Source: a virus (Duplodnaviria > Caudoviricetes). Taken from it: DNA of 44,670 nt. The first letter of the stretch is position 1; each line of letters begins with the position of its first letter. The position numbers were made by a program, and so were the translations under genes. Below are positions 19,904-28,520 of this stretch, one piece after another. The notes below the pieces were generated by a model. It made no database searches. It saw nothing but the letters and a program-made list of their open reading frames with translations, and was not told where the DNA came from. The stretch is from the IMG/VR virus record IMGVR_UViG_3300038379_000471, positions 1-44,670 of that record; one strand, given 5' to 3'.

Positions 19904-21933
19904 TGGCGGTCTTGGCAGTTAAATTCGTTGCGGAAAGTAATGGCAACGATAGTACGGGCACCGGCAGTGAACAGGCGCCTTATCGCACGGTAAACAAGGC
20001 GTTTAGTGTGGCTGCGCCTGGGACACAGATTCGTATCCGTGGTGGCAGCTATTCCGAAGATGAAGCGCGGTTGACCACTAGTGGCACAGCAGCAGACCAC
20101 ATCGAAGTTATGGCGCACGAAATCGGCGGCGCCTATGAGCCAGTCACGATGGACGGGCAAAACTATACGTATCCGTTGGGCACGGCTGTGGCCGGTGGAA
20201 CCAACCAGTATGGCACCTGGTACGATTTTAATTATAAGGGGCTGATTCGTATTGATGCAAGCTATGTGGATTTGCACCATATCAATTTTCTAAATAGCCG
20301 TGGCGCCGGCTTAGAAATCCAAAGCGAGACCCCCCGCCCATCGAGCGGTCGCCCTCATCATGTTACGGCGCGAGATTGTTTTATCAATGGAGCACGGGTA
20401 AATATCCTGGTAGTTGATGCGGTAAATGATGTAATCTGTGAACGGATTAGATTTACCAATGGTGGCAATTATGCGCCGTTCCATCGGCCAACCGAACAGG
20501 GACATCCGGGCAATCACCCTGGGATTATTACTACACAGCATTGCGAGCGAGTGGTCATTAAGGATTTTTTTGGATATGGCAACTGGGGCGAAGGCGTCAT
20601 CATCAACAAGGACAGTTTTGACTTTGTTCTTGATGGATTCGTCGCCGGTAGCAATATGTCAGGGAATATTTATCTACATCGCTGTCGCAATGGAATTGTT
20701 CGAAATTGCATTTCATTTACTTCTGACATTGACCCTTATCCTGCTCAAACTCTTGGCGCGGGGATTTACCTGGACAATGAAGACCTGAAGGCAAACGATT
20801 ACCAGGATTTGATGGATATTGGAAACGTAATTCTTTACAATAATCTATCCATCAATGATCGGATTGGGTTCTCCATTCGCAATGGAGACAATGGGTTGCA
20901 TCCGTTTGAGAATGTTCGATTCTACAATAATCACATTGTCAGGCCAACGGAAGTGGGTTTCAAGATTTTAGGTAAAGCAAAGTTTATCGGAACCAACGAC
21001 TTTGCCAATAACCTGGTACAGATGGGAAATGTAGCGAATGCCGTACCATTGCAGCTTGTTTCTCCAGAGAGCAATAAATTCACATACCGCTACAATGGAT
21101 GGTCGGTAGCCCCTACCTGGCCTGCGGGCGTTACGCATAGTAACGATGTGATTGGGAATATGCGGTTAATTAACCCCAATGCGCTAATCAGCGCGAACGT
21201 ATACGATCTGGAGAATTACAAACTACGCACTACTGCCCCAGCGTCACCGGCTATTGGCGCTGGCGTTGATTTGTCGCAGTACTTCACGGAAGATCGATTT
21301 GGCGTGACGCGGACAATTTGGAGCATCGGTTTTCATGAAGCGTCTGGCGTGACGGGCCCCACTGTGCCTGTTATCAACAGTTTCACCGCGACGCCGGACA
21401 GTTTTGGCGGGGGTGGGGGCACTACGACATTAGCCTGGAACGTTACCGGCGCGGATACGTTGACGATTAACCAGGGGGTGGGCAGTGTCTCACCGGTGAC
21501 CAGCGGCTCAACCGGCGTAGCGGTGACGACATCGAAAACTTTTACGCTGACTGCTACCAACGCGGCGGGCAGTGCCAGTGAGATCGTAGCGGTGACGGTG
21601 GCGGCCACCCCCCCCCTGCCCACGATCAATAGTTTTACCGCAACGCCAAGCAGCTTGGGCGTAGGCGGTGGCTCGGTGGTGCTGGCCTGGAATGTTACGG
21701 GGGCAACCAGCCTGAGCATCAACCAGGGGATTGGTAGTGTGGCGCCGTTGACGGTGGGCACTCTCAATCTAACGGTAAACGCCACAACGGGTTACACGTT
21801 AACGGCAACCAACGCGGTGGGTTCTGTAATCGCTGCTGCTATCGTGACCGTGCAGGAGCCAGCACAAACCGGTCAGGAAGATGACATGTCACTGATGGCG
21901 TATACGAAAACTAAGAGGATCCGCACCTACTAA
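19903..21933 (+). CDS. Receptor-binding/depolymerase-like protein: right-handed beta-helix plus two Ig-like repeats
   Basis: GNDSTGTGSEQAPYRTV...APGTQIRIRGGSY pectin-lyase-like start; two INSFTATP...LAWNVTGA repeats; start 19903 coupled to the upstream stop. Confidence 0.75.
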   Translation: MAVLAVKFVAESNGNDSTGTGSEQAPYRTVNKAFSVAAPGTQIRIRGGSYSEDEARLTTSGTAADHIEVMAHEIGGAYEPVTMDGQNYTYPLGTAVAGGTNQYGTWYDFNYKGLIRIDASYVDLHHINFLNSRGAGLEIQSETPRPSSGRPHHVTARDCFINGARVNILVVDAVNDVICERIRFTNGGNYAPFHRPTEQGHPGNHPGIITTQHCERVVIKDFFGYGNWGEGVIINKDSFDFVLDGFVAGSNMSGNIYLHRCRNGIVRNCISFTSDIDPYPAQTLGAGIYLDNEDLKANDYQDLMDIGNVILYNNLSINDRIGFSIRNGDNGLHPFENVRFYNNHIVRPTEVGFKILGKAKFIGTNDFANNLVQMGNVANAVPLQLVSPESNKFTYRYNGWSVAPTWPAGVTHSNDVIGNMRLINPNALISANVYDLENYKLRTTAPASPAIGAGVDLSQYFTEDRFGVTRTIWSIGFHEASGVTGPTVPVINSFTATPDSFGGGGGTTTLAWNVTGADTLTINQGVGSVSPVTSGSTGVAVTTSKTFTLTATNAAGSASEIVAVTVAATPPLPTINSFTATPSSLGVGGGSVVLAWNVTGATSLSINQGIGSVAPLTVGTLNLTVNATTGYTLTATNAVGSVIAAAIVTVQEPAQTGQEDDMSLMAYTKTKRIRTY

Positions 21934-21956
21934 ACGGGTAGTGAGCGGCGGAAGTC

Positions 21957-24605
21957 TTGTCGAGCTATGCTATGGCACTGAACATTGGTATTGCCTACAA
22001 TGATATAGGCACATCGACCGGTACGGTCGACTTAACCGACGCCAACTTTGGAGGAATTAACCCCAAGGTGGCGTTGGTTTTTTCCTCGCATATCCCCATT
22101 CCCGTCTCCGAAGATAGTCTAGGTCAGGCGCGCGTCGGGATTGGCGCCGCGGATGGAACCAGCCAATTTGTAGCTACTGTGCGCAGCCAGGATGCCCAGG
22201 AAACCACCAATACCGGTGGACGCAGCATGACCGACCAGGTATATGCCATCCTCAACACATCCACCAACGGCACGGTAGGTGAGGCGGCGTTTAGCGCATG
22301 GATCACCAATGGTATCCGCGTCAATCGGGCAGTGGCGCCCAGCGTGGCTGGCTCTGCCTGGGCAGTGTTGTTTGGCGGCGATGATGTTGCGGCAAAAGTG
22401 GGAACGCTGGCCACCAATAGCACGGCGGGCGGTATAGCAACCTTCTCTTGCCCAGGTATCATCGCCAATCTGATTTTTGTAGTGTGCCATAATGGAACGT
22501 TCGATGACACCGCCGAAAACGATGCCCATCTGAGTTTTGGCATTGCCACCAGCACAACCAATCAGTTATGCCACACGTTTCAGAGCGTTGACAACGTGGC
22601 GGACGGCGATCCGCGGGCGCAGGTGACGAGTACGGCGGTTGGGCGCATCTTTGGCAGCACCGATCAGTATTATACGATTGACGCCATCCGCGCTGGTGAG
22701 ATTGACATTAAGACGAATGGGACGAACGGCGCTCGCACGATCGGTATTGTTGCGCTCCAGGTTGACAACCATGACATTAGCCTGAACATACAGCAAACCC
22801 CTGCGGCCACCGGAGTACAGCCCTGGACGGTTGGTATTGAATCCATGTTTGGGCTGGTAATTGCTACCGACATGATCGACGCTGATATTAAGCGCGTCGA
22901 TGCCAATGCCGGGGCCTTCGGGATAAGCGCATTTACAGACAGCGTGGAAGTGGCGCTTAGTGTTGCGGATGAGAATGGTTCTGCTATTACTGACGCCCAA
23001 ACGCTACTCGGCAAACAGGCCATCAATACCCCGAACGATACCGGCAACGTTGGGATGGTTGCCACGTTCGATTCGTTCTCCACAACACAGGTTAACCTAA
23101 ACTGGTCCACCATCCGTGGCGCACAATCAATCGTTATTCTGCTTGCCATCGAGAAGAATCAAGCTGGCCTGGCCGCGATTGAGGAATCGGGCGGTGAAGA
23201 TACCGCGGTTTTGAGTGTCCCTCTGGCAACCAGCGCCGTTGAGGAATCGGGCGGCGAAGATTTTGGTAGTTTGGTTAGCCTGACCATTGCCCCGATCAGC
23301 GCGCTTGAGGAGTCGGGCGGTGACGATTACGGGGTGCTCTCTGCGCTAAGTGGTCAATTCTTTGCCATTGAGGAGTCGGGCGGTGAGGATACCGCCACCC
23401 TTTCTACGCTACAAATCATTCCTGGTATTCGACAGGCTATCCCGATCCGCAGTTATGCGGATAGCCAGTCACTCTACATCAATGTGTATCAGCCGCCGGT
23501 GATCGGTGAGTCACAAATTGGTGAGTTGGAGGTACAAGAGTATGGCCACCAAATCGAGGCCTTTGGCGGTTACTGGTCAGCCAAATTCACGGCGGCAATG
23601 GCTCGGCGTACAGAGATTGAGGACTGGTTTGAGTATGGTCTGGGGCGACGCATCACCGTACGGGCCGGGGGGGGGGATGTCATCTGGGAAGGTTTTGTCA
23701 ATCAGATTGATATTGCCGTTGCGGGTCTAACTGCTACGACCGGGCCGTTGCTCGATTTAGCTAACAAGGTTAAGCTAATCTATTCCACGATTGACACCAG
23801 CTCGGATGTGCCAATCTTGGGCATCCGAGCGGATACTGGTTATGCGAGCGACAGCGCGTCTCAAAACCGTTATGGCATTCTGGAGCGCGTGTTGAGCAGT
23901 GGCGGCATTCAAACATCCCTGGCGGCACAGGTGCGCGATGTGTATTTGGCAGAGAACGCCTTCCCTGGCAGCAACAATCAATTGTCGTTTTCCAATCAAC
24001 GCGGGGATGCACCCTCTGCGACGATTAGCTGTCTGGGGTTTGTTCATTATCTAAATACCTACATCTATAACCAGACCAGTCAACGCGGGATGGGTTATCT
24101 CTCGGACAAGGTGCGGGCAGTGCTCAACGCGGAACCAAACGGACATATCGCCAAAGATTTTTCGATGATTGAATTGAATACAACTGCCGAGCATGTATGG
24201 GAAAACGATGACCGGTTGGCGCTTGGTTTGATTAAGGAGATGGTCGCCAAGGGCGATACCAGCTTCAACCGCTGGTTGTTTGGCGTCTATGCCGGGCGCG
24301 CGGCGTACTATCGTGCCGCGCCGGAATCCGCAGCGTATGAGCAGTTTTTGGCGGATCCACGGCAGGAGATTTACAGCAGGGGGGGCGCGATTGTGCCCCC
24401 CTGGATGGTACAGCCGGGTAAGTGGTTGCTCTTTCCTGACTTTCTGCCGGGGCGGGCTTTTGTGGATCTGCCATCGGATCCACGGGCGACCTTTATTGAA
24501 AATGTTTCGTTTCAGTTGCCCTACGGGGCAACTATCAACGGGCAGAAAGTGCGCCGTCTGGATCAGAAGCTGGCGCGGCTAGGGATTTCAGGGATTGGGG
24601 CATGA
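21957..24605 (+). CDS. Tail protein: N-terminal beta domain, EESGGED linker repeats, baseplate-hub-like C-terminus
   Basis: VIWEGFVNQI and DSASQNRYGILERV hub-like motifs; start may be ATG 21972. Confidence 0.6.
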   Translation: MSSYAMALNIGIAYNDIGTSTGTVDLTDANFGGINPKVALVFSSHIPIPVSEDSLGQARVGIGAADGTSQFVATVRSQDAQETTNTGGRSMTDQVYAILNTSTNGTVGEAAFSAWITNGIRVNRAVAPSVAGSAWAVLFGGDDVAAKVGTLATNSTAGGIATFSCPGIIANLIFVVCHNGTFDDTAENDAHLSFGIATSTTNQLCHTFQSVDNVADGDPRAQVTSTAVGRIFGSTDQYYTIDAIRAGEIDIKTNGTNGARTIGIVALQVDNHDISLNIQQTPAATGVQPWTVGIESMFGLVIATDMIDADIKRVDANAGAFGISAFTDSVEVALSVADENGSAITDAQTLLGKQAINTPNDTGNVGMVATFDSFSTTQVNLNWSTIRGAQSIVILLAIEKNQAGLAAIEESGGEDTAVLSVPLATSAVEESGGEDFGSLVSLTIAPISALEESGGDDYGVLSALSGQFFAIEESGGEDTATLSTLQIIPGIRQAIPIRSYADSQSLYINVYQPPVIGESQIGELEVQEYGHQIEAFGGYWSAKFTAAMARRTEIEDWFEYGLGRRITVRAGGGDVIWEGFVNQIDIAVAGLTATTGPLLDLANKVKLIYSTIDTSSDVPILGIRADTGYASDSASQNRYGILERVLSSGGIQTSLAAQVRDVYLAENAFPGSNNQLSFSNQRGDAPSATISCLGFVHYLNTYIYNQTSQRGMGYLSDKVRAVLNAEPNGHIAKDFSMIELNTTAEHVWENDDRLALGLIKEMVAKGDTSFNRWLFGVYAGRAAYYRAAPESAAYEQFLADPRQEIYSRGGAIVPPWMVQPGKWLLFPDFLPGRAFVDLPSDPRATFIENVSFQLPYGATINGQKVRRLDQKLARLGISGIGA

Positions 24606-24988
24606 GCATTCAGAAACGCAATGATGAGCAGGTCAATCTGTTGGAGGCCGACTTTGTGCGGCGTAAGTTACCAATCTTCGTTTACGGTAACGCCGGCGGT
24701 TTTGCCGAGTTTGAATTGCAAGGCATTACGAATCCGCAATCTGTGCTGATTCCCGATGGGGTCTATGATGTGAAGTCGTTGCTTACCTATCGAGCGATTA
24801 CTAAGGACGAGGTAAGCGGCACGACACAGGCCAATGCGGGCAGTGTTGCGCCGGGGGCGAATGCCGATGTGTTTAGCAGCGGGGGATCCGTCTGCAACTT
24901 GCGCGTAACGGCGGCGGGAATCGTGGAAATCCTGCGCACCGGTGGCAGCAATACGTTTACGTGTAGGTTGAGGCTCGATTGGATATAA
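24602..24988 (+). CDS. Hypothetical tail-associated protein
   Basis: Coupled last gene of the late operon. Confidence 0.6.
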   Translation: MSIQKRNDEQVNLLEADFVRRKLPIFVYGNAGGFAEFELQGITNPQSVLIPDGVYDVKSLLTYRAITKDEVSGTTQANAGSVAPGANADVFSSGGSVCNLRVTAAGIVEILRTGGSNTFTCRLRLDWI

Positions 24989-24990
24989 AA

Positions 24991-25191
24991 CAGGGTGACA
25001 AGGGTGACAGGGTGACAAGGTGACAAGGTGACGGGGTGACAGGGTGACAGGGTGACAGGGTGACAGGGTGACAGGATGACAGGATGACAGGATGACAGGA
25101 TGACAGGATGACAGGATGACAGGATGACAGGATGACAGGATGACAGGATGACAGGATGACAGGATGACAAGGGGACAAGGGGACAAGATGA
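24991..25191. repeat. Non-coding tandem array of 25 8-bp units (CAGGGTGA/CAAGGTGA-type x10, CAGGATGA x12, CAAGGGGA x2, CAAGATGA x1)
   Basis: Counted directly; one unit is 9 bp. Confidence 0.95.
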
Positions 25192-25250
25192 CTCACCGGT
25201 GAGTCACACGTGTGAATTGGCCAGCAGTGAAAAGCCTGGCCAATTCACAC
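25189..25250. repeat. 18-bp palindrome TGACTCACCGGTGAGTCA plus a hairpin with 15-bp arms GTGTGAATTGGCCAG/CTGGCCAATTCACAC
   Basis: Seen directly; 25202-25248 matches the reverse complement of 38891-38937 at 39/47. Confidence 0.85.
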
Positions 25251-25302
25251 TTCCGTGATTCGCCGGCGATTCTCTAAGCCTGGTGATTCACGTCTGCGCT
25301 GC

Positions 25303-25485
25303 TCAAACAAATCGCGATGCCTGTGATTTGTTCGGCTTGCGCGGCGTTGCGGGCGGCGGCGCCCAGGAAGGGCGGCGGGTGAGCGGGTCGATGCCCAGCT
25401 TGGCGGCCAGGGCAGCCAGTGCGCGCTGCTGGGCGGCGTTGCGGGCGGCGGCGTGGGTGGGTTGGGTAAAGTGTGTCATGGTCAT
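25303..25485 (-). CDS. Small hypothetical protein (60 aa)
   Basis: AGAAGGAG RBS before ATG 25485. Confidence 0.55.
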   Translation of the reverse strand: MTMTHFTQPTHAAARNAAQQRALAALAAKLGIDPLTRRPSWAPPPATPRKPNKSQASRFV

Positions 25486-25535
25486 GGTGGCTCCTTCTGC
25501 GGGGTGATGGGGTGACAGGGTGACAGGGCTAGACA

Positions 25536-25572
25536 ACAAAAGCCGCTCTTCATGCAGAAGAGCGGCTTTTGT
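25536..25572. terminator. Bidirectional terminator-like hairpin
   Basis: ACAAAAGCCGCTCTTC/GAAGAGCGGCTTTTGT. Confidence 0.75.
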
Positions 25573-25574
25573 TC

Positions 25575-25970
25575 TTAGAGGCCTTTGACGGCGGGGACTT
25601 TTTCGCCTTTGGGGATGCGCAGCACTTGGTCATAGGCGCTTTCGCCAATCTTCACGCTCCACCAGGCGTCGCCCTGTTTTTCGTGGCGTTGCGCCTGGCG
25701 GCCATCCACGATGATCCAGGTTGGGCGGCCTTGGTCATCCACGGTCGGGCTGCAGGGGTAGCCGCAGAAGGTGGGGCCTTTGTCCAGTTCCGCCGCGCTA
25801 GGGGTGGCCGCCGGCTGGCTGGCGAAGGCCCAGCCTTTGCCCGCGAAGTAGGCGCCGACTTTATCGGCGCGCTCCATGAGGGCGATGATGGTCGGGCTGT
25901 CGGTCTCTTTGTCGATCTCCAGCGTGACGGGGACGCCGTTGGGGCTGATTAGTTCGATTGTGGCTTTCAT
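25575..25970 (-). CDS. Hypothetical protein
   Basis: AGAGGAG RBS; protein-like composition. Confidence 0.7.
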   Translation of the reverse strand: MKATIELISPNGVPVTLEIDKETDSPTIIALMERADKVGAYFAGKGWAFASQPAATPSAAELDKGPTFCGYPCSPTVDDQGRPTWIIVDGRQAQRHEKQGDAWWSVKIGESAYDQVLRIPKGEKVPAVKGL

Positions 25971-26026
25971 GGGTAAACGCTCCTCTGTAATTGGGCAGGT
26001 CCACCAGGTGGGCCTGCCCTACGCTT

Positions 26027-27091
26027 TTAGTTGCTGAAATATTGTTGTTCGTGCATTTTCTGCGAGATGGGCATGAATGCCACCCGGCTGCGCTCGACCG
26101 GCTGGCTGTAGGCGAGCCAGGCGGCCTGGGCGTGGGCGCAGGTGGCGCGGTGTTGGTGGACGCCATGCTCGCAGTTGCAGGTGACCACACGGCTGCCCTG
26201 GTTGACCACCACGCGGTAGGTCTGGCCGCTGGGGCTGGCCACGTCCCAGACGCTGACCCGGCTGTTATCGCTGTAGAGGCGGGCGCTGCACTGGCTGGCT
26301 TTCTGGCAGCGTTCGCAGGTGCAGTCGTCGTCGTGATAGAACTGGGCGCCGATGGTCGGGTGGGTGGGCACCGGGCGGATCGGCGCCAGGGGGCGGGTCA
26401 GCTCGCGGGTGAAGAGGGCGTCGAGGTCGGCGTCGGTGAAGTCGGGGCCCAGGCCGGGCTTGCTGGCGCTTTCGGCGATCACCGCGTCGGCGGCGGCGGC
26501 CAACTCGGTCACGTTTTCGCCAGGGAGGACGGCTAGTTCGTAGGTTCCCTCAGGCGTGGTGGCGGTCTGGAGTTCCAGCTTGGCGGGCTTGGGCTTGACC
26601 GTCTCTTCTGCCTCTTTGCGCGCTTTTTCGTAGCAGCTTGAGCAGATGCCGTGCGACACGTCGCCGGGCTTGGCGTTGTCGTCTTCGTAGGAGCCAAGTG
26701 AGGCGCCGCACCAGGCGCAGACGCGTTGGACGGTGGCGGCTTGGAGGGGTTGGGGGGTCTGGGGGGCCGGGTCCTCAAGCGCCAGGCACGTTGGGGCGGG
26801 CTCGTGGAGGGTGACGGTGATGTTGTACTGGCTGGCAAGCTCGGCCTGGAGCGCGCGGGTGGCGTCGGCCAGGTCGGGCGGGGAGAGGAACGGATAGCCC
26901 TTGGCGGCGGCGTAGGTCATGGTTTTACTGAGGGTGTTGCGCAGGGTGGGGCGTTTGATGGCGACGGGGGCCGGGCGTTGGCCGTGGTCGCTGACGATGA
27001 CGGGGCGGTAGATCTGGGCGCCGGCGGCGCGGGCCAGGGTGACGTAAATTTGGGCGTTGACAGGGGGATTGGGTTGTGATATAGTTTGCAT
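26027..27091 (-). CDS. Multi-zinc-finger protein with a C-terminal SWIM domain
   Basis: CAWC...HGICSSC, CTCERC, and VASPSGQTYRV...CNC...CAH (SWIM CxC-xn-CxH). Confidence 0.75.
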   Translation of the reverse strand: MQTISQPNPPVNAQIYVTLARAAGAQIYRPVIVSDHGQRPAPVAIKRPTLRNTLSKTMTYAAAKGYPFLSPPDLADATRALQAELASQYNITVTLHEPAPTCLALEDPAPQTPQPLQAATVQRVCAWCGASLGSYEDDNAKPGDVSHGICSSCYEKARKEAEETVKPKPAKLELQTATTPEGTYELAVLPGENVTELAAAADAVIAESASKPGLGPDFTDADLDALFTRELTRPLAPIRPVPTHPTIGAQFYHDDDCTCERCQKASQCSARLYSDNSRVSVWDVASPSGQTYRVVVNQGSRVVTCNCEHGVHQHRATCAHAQAAWLAYSQPVERSRVAFMPISQKMHEQQYFSN

Positions 27092-27174
27092 GTTAAATCC
27101 TTCTTTCTGTAGCTACGGGTTTGACACTGAGACCTGGCGATGCTTCCTAGGGCTAGCGCCGGGTCTCTTTTTTT
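27057..27174 (+). ncRNA. Putative cis-antisense RNA unit covering the 5' UTR and RBS of the SWIM gene
   Basis: TTGACA(27057)-17-TATAGT with TG extension; terminator hairpin 27129-27167 plus T7. Confidence 0.6.
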
Positions 27175-27191
27175 GTTTGCAATATACCTAT

Positions 27192-27220
27192 AGTATAGCA
27201 CTTTTGTATTCGTTTGTCAA
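27192..27220 (-). promoter_or_regulatory. Leftward sigma70 promoter
   Basis: TTGACA-17-TATACT with extended -10. Confidence 0.75.
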
Positions 27221-27262
27221 TACGCTAAACCTTAAATTTATCGTCTGGTAGCTATTTTCGTA

Positions 27263-27291
27263 TTGACAGGCAGGAGTTTGTGTGCTACCCT
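27263..27291 (+). promoter_or_regulatory. Rightward promoter for the HTH gene
   Basis: TTGACA-17-TACCCT with TG extension. Confidence 0.55.
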
Positions 27292-27329
27292 GGCAGGAAA
27301 CATTGAGATCGCCAGAAAGGAAGCACACT

Positions 27330-27593
27330 ATGGTAAAATGGAAATTAGATTATCTGATCGGGCGCGTGCCCGGTGGGGTCTCACTGCGCGAGTTGAGCGC
27401 AGAGACCGGGCTGGCATTATCCACACTATGGTTGATCAAACAGGGAAAACCAACCCGCGTTGAATTGAGCACGATCAACGCGTTGCTCTGTCATCTGTCC
27501 GTCCGCCTGGAACGGACATTAGCCACCCAAGATCTGCTAGAGTTCACATTAGAGGAAACGGAAGCAGCCGGCGGCTTCGCTGGTCATCCCTGA
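27330..27593 (+). CDS. Cro/CI-type (XRE, HTH_26-like) regulator, candidate repressor
   Basis: SLRELSAETGLALSTLWLIKQGKPTRVELSTINAL; AGAAAGGAAG RBS. Confidence 0.85.
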   Translation: MVKWKLDYLIGRVPGGVSLRELSAETGLALSTLWLIKQGKPTRVELSTINALLCHLSVRLERTLATQDLLEFTLEETEAAGGFAGHP

Positions 27594-27718
27594 CACTGAA
27601 CCGCCGATTAGCGGTGTAGCCGGGGACGATGACGAGCCAACAGAGCTAGAGCCAGTAGAGGGCGAAGTCAATGCCCAAGCATCCTGAGTATAGCACATCC
27701 GTGCGAAATGTCAGCCGT

Positions 27719-27745
27719 CCAAATCGGACACAGTGTCCGATTTGG
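27719..27745. promoter_or_regulatory. Perfect palindrome CCAAATCGGACAC-A-GTGTCCGATTTGG (candidate parS-like site)
   Basis: 13-bp arms; near-identical copy at 36373-36397 inside the DUF3102 gene. Confidence 0.65.
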
Positions 27746-27798
27746 TTGAAGGAATCGCGCGCCAGTAGCGATTAAAAAATAGAACCCCTTTTCACATA

Positions 27799-27915
27799 GA
27801 AAACAAAGAGCCAGATGCACCGCCATGCATCTGGCTCTTTGTCGTTTTACCGTGGAATAAGGAACCCCTTCCTATGTCCAGTAAATAGCATATCACGCAT
27901 TGGCTAGCGCGTCAA
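27799..27915 (-). ncRNA. Putative small-RNA unit (about 80-nt RNA)
   Basis: TTGACG-17-TATGCT (27915-27887); terminator with a 17-bp stem at 27803-27842. Confidence 0.45.
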
Positions 27916-28082
27916 TGGCTGATCCCACAGATGGGATCGATCATTTGCCGGGGTTTTATTACAGTTTGCTTACAGAAACCGGGGTGGGCTGGGCGGAGGC
28001 GAAAATTGGCGCTTGACAAAGAGGGGGAATTGGGTGTAGTATCTTCATGTATCTTTTGCAAATTTTGCAACGGGGGATCAAC

Positions 28083-28289
28083 TTGAAAACGTACACAACA
28101 AAAGAGGCGGCCGCCCTATTGGGCGTATCCACTCAAACCGTTCGCAAGTACACGCGGCTCAAGCAGAACCCGTTAAGGGCGGCTCGCATTGGGCGACGCG
28201 CTGATCTGCGCATCAGGGAGGATGATTTGCTGAAGTTTACGCAGATTTACGGGATGGCAATATTGCCGGTTGAGCCAAACGAGTACTAG
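28083..28289 (+). CDS. xis: Excisionase-like HTH (HTH_17/MerR-like)
   Basis: YTTKEAAALLGVSTQTVRKY...LRAARIGR..LRIREDDLLKF; next to attP; promoter TTGACA-18-TAGTAT at 28013-28042. Confidence 0.75.
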   Translation: MKTYTTKEAAALLGVSTQTVRKYTRLKQNPLRAARIGRRADLRIREDDLLKFTQIYGMAILPVEPNEY

Positions 28290-28413
28290 CAAAAGAAGCG
28301 GCCCCGGTCATCCACCAAGACAACCCGGAGCCGCCGCAGGAAGCACCTTTACAACCTTGTCGCGAAAGCGCCCCTTTTATTCGCACATCAGCGCTATCCG
28401 CGCCTCTGTGCTA

Positions 28414-28460
28414 GGCTGGGGGACAGGGATTCGAACCCCAACTATCTGATCCAGAGTCAG
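28414..28460 (-). other. attP core = 3' part of tRNA-Gln(CUG)
   Basis: Minus strand CTGACTCTGGATCAG...GGGGTTCGAATCCC...CCCCCAGCC: anticodon arm (CTG), T arm and acceptor 3' strand; no 5' half; abuts the integrase. Confidence 0.85.
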
Positions 28461-28488
28461 CTCCCACCGCCCATATCGACTTACAATA

Positions 28489-28515
28489 AATCATCCGTTT
28501 ACCGAACGGATGATT
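28489..28515 (-). terminator. Hairpin after the integrase gene
   Basis: AATCATCCGTT/AACGGATGATT. Confidence 0.6.
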
Positions 28516-28520
28516 AGCCA

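Noticed and set aside
24991-25191. CRISPR array or telomere
   Set aside because: No spacers, cas, protelomerase or reverse transcriptase; the array is internal to a circular genome
24668-25196. SCHPVIL-repeat ORFs in three minus frames
   Set aside because: Translation artefacts of the 8-bp satellite
28414-28500. Functional tRNA-Gln gene
   Set aside because: The 5' half and D arm are absent; better explained as attP
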